Positions 58,301-64,000 of a DNA stretch of 64,000 nucleotides are shown in pieces (the stretch's first letter is position 1; each line of letters opens with the position of its first letter). The translations under genes and the position numbers were made by a program. The notes under the pieces are model-generated. The model made no database searches, was not told where the DNA came from, and saw nothing but the letters and a program-made list of their open reading frames with translations. The stretch is taken from contig OZ025781.1 in assembly GCA_964019425.1 (NCBI GenBank), positions 1,116,001 through 1,180,000 on the forward strand, written 5' to 3'. Source of the DNA: Flectonema sp. DT1601. Taxonomy: Eukaryota.

Positions 58301-61198
58301 CAATACCATCAGTTTTCTCTTTAACTTCTTCTTCTGCATCTGGTTTGGTTACCTCGTCATCTCCTCTGGCTATTTTGATAAATATTTCTTCTAAAGTAGT
58401 GACAGATATTCCAAAGTTCTTTATACCAAGCTCGTCTTTACGGATTTCTAATTGTCGTAGTACAGCAGGAAATAGATGAGTAGCTTGAAGAGGCATGATG
58501 ATGTGCAATTCATTACTAGACTGTGCAGTTATAGAACAACTGAAACTGTTTCGTCTCGCTTCTGGTAGCTGCATGCGAGGTGCTGCAACGTCTGCTTCAG
58601 ATGAAACGCTCTCACATACGTCTGTTTGTCCTTCTGTTATAGTTTGAAGGTTGTCGTCGACAACTCTTTGAACTACTCGGGGGATACATTTCTGATTTAT
58701 TTCTAATTTCAAATTGTACCCAACTCCCAAATTAGATTTCAAAAACAAAGAACTCCCCCATGAATGTAACTTCCCAGCATGCATTATAGCGATGCTGTCC
58801 CCGAGGAGGTCTGCTTCATCCATGAAATGAGTTGTCAAGAGTGTGACTCTGCCTTTTTTTTTCTTTTTTATTAAATCCCAAATACCTCTTCTTGCCTGAA
58901 CATCCATACCAGCTGTTGGTTCGTCGAGGATGACGAATCGCGGATCGCCAATGTAGGCAATTCCGACACTGAGTTTTCGCTTCATGCCACCTGAAAGACC
59001 TCGACTCTTCTCATCAGCTTTGTCAGCAAGACCAATGTCTTGAAGCATTGTGGTTACTGATGTTTTGAGTAGTTCTCCAGTCAGACCTCTGATTTTACCG
59101 AAAAAAGTTAAATGCTGACGACATGATAATGAAGGCCACAGCAGATTGTGTTGTGGACACATTCCAATATCACGACGAGCTTGTTGAATATCACTTACGA
59201 TATCAACGTCATAGATCGTAGCAGATCCACTACTAACTGGAAGCATACCAGTTAGCATGTTGATTGCAGTTGTTTTCCCAGCTCCGTTATGACCTAATAA
59301 AACTAATGCCTGGTCTTCATAAAGAGTTAAGTTTAAGTTACCAACAGCTGTGAGTTGACCTGTCTCAGTCTCAAAGGTTTTTGTTAAATTCGTAACCATA
59401 ACTTTTGCAACACTCAAAGGATTCGTTACTTTTTCAATACGAGTGCGATCAATTTCCTCTTCTGTCTCGACTGGTACAACTGTTGCCGTCTTTGATGAAA
59501 AACAACAAAAACAACAAAACAGAGGATGTGAATTTGTTCCCCACTCAGATGGTAAAACTTTACCAAGATAGAGTTCCAATAAAATATACAAAACCGTGTC
59601 TTGAATGAGGAATGCAATTGCTTGAGCGATAGTGTACTCACCACTGTTCAGAGAATTGAATGAAACACCTTGACCTCCTGTTTGTTGTTTTGATAAGTTG
59701 AAAAACAAGACATAAAAAAGTAGGTAAGTTAAAGAAACTAACGCAAACCTGTTTCCATCTGAGCAGCTGTTGCGAATCCCCTGGAATAAGCGTATGGACC
59801 AAGAAAATTTAATAGTTGAACGTTACTTTCTTCAGGTACGGCAAATCTTGGGATAACCGTCATTAAAAACAGACACGGAGCTGCGATACCTGCAGTCTGC
59901 GCCTTTGAAAAGAACGAAGCAATCACTAATGACATCGCAGAGATGTTGAGTGAGAATAAAAATGAAAGTAAAAACAGTATAAAGAAATTCGATCTACTCA
60001 TATAAGACGCTTGAAGGACACCTGTCAATACCAAACTAGATACAAGACTCTGAAATATACCTAAAAGGTACCATGATAGCTTATAAGTAACGGATGATAA
60101 CCCCATAACTAACATTCCTTCTTTTATTTTGTCTTCCTTCTCTCGTACGATTGCTGACACATATTGGCTTACGAAATGCAAGTATCCCATAACAACAACG
60201 AGAGGTAGGAATCCACCTGCCATTGCGAGAAACTCGTCTTCGGTGTAATCCGGTATCGGAAATGGAGCAATCGAGTGATATAAAATAGCCCCATCATCAG
60301 TACCACCAACGTTACTAATCCAAAACGCGTCTACTAAACGCTGAACTGTAAGGAATCCACCTGCTAAGTACTTTTGATAAGACTTCAGTAACCCTGAAGG
60401 ATCACCCAGGACTCGTTCGCTTAGAGTTGGGGGAGTCGCTGTTCTATTTGCTCTAATTGTGTATGTGAATTCACCGTGAATAACTACCCCAGCCATTAAC
60501 TGCCCTTGACCAACATCGTGTGAGTAGTCTACGAATTGATCTTCAGTAGTAAAGTTTAAAAGTGTGTCTCTAAATGTGACGGTTTTTTCTGATAAGAACT
60601 TTTTAAATTCCTCAACCCTCCTGACTACGTTAGGATCCAGAGAGCCAGCTACCACAGCTGTTTTATATCCCACTGTGACAGCTGTACCGAAACCTCTATT
60701 TCCAAATTCTGCTTCAGAACCAATCAGATGCATTTTTGCAGCCTGGTGGATGAGTACTATCGTGTCAAAGTCAGGTATCACTTGGGGGCCTTCATACGAT
60801 AAGGCAATTTCAAACAATGTCAGCGCATCTCCAGTCGTATCCAAACAGAGGTCACCAACACATGGAAGTGGTGCTAGAGTGTTGCATTTACAATAAGTTC
60901 GATTCCGAACTGGGGAATAAATATCAGGACCTTCGTACCAGTCTGCAACGCATTTATGGGCGTCCATTATCTCAGGTATGTCGATGACGTCTTTATTCAT
61001 AAATTCTCTCCCGGCTTTGTTTACGATGTCGGTTGCTAGCCAGACGATTGCGAGGATTCCCATCAGAGTTCCCGGCAGAAGCATCTCAACAATCCATTCA
61101 AACACTCCTCCTCTCTTTAGGAGTAAAGTCTTCTGACCGACTGCAAGCAGCTGAGTACCGAAACTGCTTCCCAAAGGAGGATGAGTTTCCTCAGCCAT
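55355..61198 (-). CDS. ABCA-family full transporter, 1848 aa, 5 exons (61198-59749, 59677-56457, 56363-56295, 56229-56098, 56029-55355)
   Basis: Two TMD+NBD halves: GHNGAGKTT/LSGGMKRKL/LDEPT and GTNGAGKTT/LSGGNKRKT/LLLDEPT. Four GT-AG introns (59678-59748, 56364-56456, 56230-56294, 56030-56097) restore NBD2. Confidence 0.93.
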
Positions 61199-61216
61199 GA
61201 GGAGTGAAACCCCCGC

Positions 61217-61235
61217 CTACAGTGAGAGGGGAATA
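61217..61235 (-). promoter_or_regulatory. Putative trans-splice acceptor of the ABCA gene
   Basis: TTATTCCCCTCTCACTGTAG about 19 nt before the ATG. Confidence 0.5.
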
Positions 61236-61627
61236 ACTTGATACTATTATTAAATGGAAAGCAACTTGAAACTGGCCAGAACGTTGCAAATATAAGAAAA
61301 TATTATATCTTCCTCAGGGGAAAACAACATGCGTGTACCTGTAAAGGGAACTGAAATATTCACATTGAAGCTCAACTCTTCCAAAAATTAGTTTACAAAA
61401 CGTAATAAATATAATGATGAATGACAACGAGTGGCTGCATAGAAAGAAGTGCAGCTGATTTATTATTGTCAGTGGAGGTCTCACCTAACGAGGTCCTCAC
61501 TACGTAATAAAATAAAATAGGTCAGAAGTGATCCCCTACTATATAATTGCTGAATGACAACAATTAAATATGAAGCGCTCGTGTGCATCAATGGTAATAA
61601 AGTAGCCAATGTCAGTACCAACGTCGA

Positions 61628-62302
61628 TTAGCTTTTTGGTTTTTTCTTTGCCTTCCCTTCAGACGCCTTCTTCTTTTCCTTCTTTTTTTGTTTTTTTTTC
61701 GCACGGCGTTCCTTTGCAGCTGCAGAGCGTCCTCCTGACGTTGAGTCGGTAGTTGTTGGTTCCCGCTTAGAAACAAGTGTTTGAGAAGTTGAAGAAGAAG
61801 AGGAAGTGTTTGGACAAATAATTGGAATCGACTGATGCAGTTCTGCAGGTTGCGAATGAAATCCAAAACGAGGATCGCGAATTTCTGAACCTCCAGATCG
61901 AAGATGCTTTATGAGAGTCGCAACGTAACTCGGTTTTCTACAATCGTACGCCGTGTGCCCCATCGTACAGCATAACGAACATTGAACTTCTGGAGTCTCT
62001 ACACCCTTAGGTACCTGTAGACCAACACATGATAAATGGTCGGCAGCATTACAATCGACGCATATTTTTATTTTATTGTTATCTAAACCTTCTCCCTCTC
62101 CAGCGAATATCTCAGAGCTGCAATTACCGTTTGGGTGATATCCTAGACATCCCCAGCAACCTTTGTTACCTCTTTTATCACATCTTTGATGACCAACTCC
62201 GAAACATGAATAACAGATTCTGTTGGGGCATTCTCTCCTGGCGTGTGATCCTCCGCAGATATGACACACGATTCCCTTCTCGCTGCTGAAGTAGCGAGAC
62301 AT
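61628..62302 (-). CDS. CCHC zinc-knuckle protein (Air1/ZCCHC7-like arrangement)
   Basis: Repeated CxxCxxxxHxxxxC-like knuckles (e.g. CSLCCTMGHTAYDC) and a Lys-rich tail. Start chosen at MSRYF; an upstream ATG at 62380 is possible. Confidence 0.7.
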   Translation of the reverse strand: MSRYFSSEKGIVCHICGGSHARRECPNRICYSCFGVGHQRCDKRGNKGCWGCLGYHPNGNCSSEIFAGEGEGLDNNKIKICVDCNAADHLSCVGLQVPKGVETPEVQCSLCCTMGHTAYDCRKPSYVATLIKHLRSGGSEIRDPRFGFHSQPAELHQSIPIICPNTSSSSSTSQTLVSKREPTTTDSTSGGRSAAAKERRAKKKQKKKEKKKASEGKAKKKPKS

Positions 62303-62580
62303 GATTCCCTGCTGTCTTACTTTAGGGTGAAAAGAAAAGATGTTTGTTGTAACAAAATAATTTTTAGTTTCATGCGTCATGCTCTTCCTTCATTTGTCTT
62401 TTTTGTTATTTTCTGAATAATATAATGATCAAAAGTAATCAATATTAATACATCACACACAACGTTTGATAAAGATGGTAACAAAATGAATATCTGTAAA
62501 GAATATTCGGTATCGGTAATGACAAAAAGACAAATATTTAAAAAAAAAAAAAAAAAAAAAAAAAACATCTATCAATACTG

Positions 62581-64000
62581 TTAAGGATTCTCAAAAAAAG
62601 ATAAGAAGCTAATCTTCTTTTTATTCTTTTTATTCTTTTCGTCAACTCCGCAGAGTCGCTTTGATCCATTCCTCAAATCAACTATTTTAATGCTGCTATC
62701 ATCAGAGATTCCAAAGTGGCTGAATACATCATTTCTAGGAAGCTTGGCCCTTGGACTATACTGGGCATCAATTTTATTAGTGAGTTGTGGGATAGGAAGA
62801 GGTTTTCGAATGGATCCAAAAACAGCTTTTTTCGAGACAGTTGGTTGCGACTGCACTTCCACTTCTTTTATACAAGGTTTTGATTCAAACAGTATTATTT
62901 GACGGAGGTGTTCACGTCTGGAAATGGCAATCTTTTTAGAACTGTCTGTGACTGTGAATAAAATTTTACTTCTCTCAGGTACCTCTACCGTCAACAGGTC
63001 CTCAAAGTATCCCAACATATACTTTCCCGGAATTGTGGGAGCTGTAAATCTGTTGTCACAAAGAAAACCTTTTCCAGATTTTATTAGCCATCCTTTATAA
63101 AGACTAATATAATCAACGCGTGGGTCTTTGCTACCAAGTCGGAATACAGCAAGATAAGCCTGTTCTCTTCTGGTTAAATGATTACACAAGGACCATTTAA
63201 CAAGAAGTCGTTCACCTGGTTGGATGCCCTGGGGGTTTAGGAGAGTTATTTGAGCAGCCTTCTCAATCGTTTTTGAGATATCCTTCTTCGACATCTCAAA
63301 GTTGTGATACTTTCGAGTCAGAAGGTTGACTCTGGTGGTTTCTTTCACTTCAGTTCCGTGGTCAGAGTTCGCGGTGTGGATTCCCGATCCCATTTTTGTT
63401 AATTTCAGACTTTCTACATCACCTAAACTATCAAGGGTATCTCGACGTTGACGAGGTTCTTCTAATATAAAACGAAGAGATCGAGTGTCTGAAATACTCG
63501 ATTTCAACGCTGCAATCTTAACCTTGACACCCCGAAGTTTTGTGTCGTAGTATGCTGATTGCTGCGATGTTCCCCAAACCTTTTGTGTTTGGGTTGTTTT
63601 GTTTATCCAATAAAAATTACAAAAAAGTAACATTTTCATACCTTCGCCAAGAAAGTGGTGGCTTCCAACGTCTCAAGTCTTTCGAGCAGTTTCATTAGGG
63701 TTTCATTGAAAACAGATTCCTCACCGTCATTTATACTTTCCCAGAAAGATAAAAGTATTGCTTTACAACTCACAGAGAAATCTAAAGAGTTCACGGGGTC
63801 AGCTACTTCCTTACTGAGAACTCTCGCAATCCCACTTTTTAGTTCCCAAATAGCTTCCCTAATAACGGATTTAGAGCGACACGTTATAGTCTTCTTCACT
63901 ACTTGTACCTGTTGAGGACCAGGTGCTTCTTGAGAGAGGATACACGCTACAGGTCTGAGATCAATATTTTCAGCACCAGAAAGTATCAAATGAAGCTCTT
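62581..64000 (-). CDS. Hypothetical protein, 5'-partial, with intron 63580-63641
   Basis: The frame is open to the window edge. The GTATGA...ACAAAAG intron joins FLAK to VWGTSQ in frame. Confidence 0.7.

Noticed and set aside
55355..61198. ABCA as several genes or a pseudogene
   Set aside because: Four canonical introns give one continuous 1848-aa frame with intact motifs.
371..63915. Plus-strand ORFs in the track (e.g. 13664-14167, 21994-22572, 42678-43121)
   Set aside because: They are antisense shadows of real minus-strand genes or homopolymer-derived poly-K/poly-F ORFs, often with non-ATG starts.
288..64000. Alternative genetic code or stop-codon readthrough explaining the split ORFs
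   Set aside because: Every break in a conserved protein is resolved by a GT-AG intron, and TAA, TAG and TGA all terminate genes.
1..64000. tRNA or rRNA genes
   Set aside because: No cloverleaf with T-loop consensus and no rRNA-like sequence was recognised by eye.

Overview
AT-rich eukaryotic nuclear DNA, almost certainly from a euglenozoan. The evidence is a paraflagellar-rod (PFR) family gene and about 25 genes all on the minus strand, many with polypyrimidine+AG (spliced-leader-type) acceptors upstream of the ATG. Frequent cis introns and a degenerate receptor nucleotide cyclase point to a diplonemid rather than a kinetoplastid (inference). The genetic code appears standard. Recognisable genes: DEAD-box helicase, mS35, PFR-like protein, TatD, bacterial-type ThDP/acetolactate synthase-like enzyme, RMDN-like protein, MetRS, Atg18/WIPI, a 2080-aa Cys-rich repeat surface protein, a PH-domain protein, a pseudo-cyclase, two FkbM-type methyltransferases, an ABCA transporter and a CCHC zinc-knuckle protein. 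I reconstructed 19 short GT-AG introns (60-112 nt) by hand. The most notable pattern is their architecture: mostly GTATG donors, a U/G-rich 5' half and an A/C-rich 3' half with no polypyrimidine tract. They have fold-back potential, 17 of 19 are phase 0, and many sit near the 3' end of genes. This is opposite in composition to the putative trans-splice acceptors and suggests a cis/trans splice-site discrimination code. Splicing also reveals three microproteins the ORF track does not show intact, including a tandem pair of 68-aa paralogs under strong purifying selection. Two dispersed non-coding repeat families are present. All calls are by eye, with no database searches.
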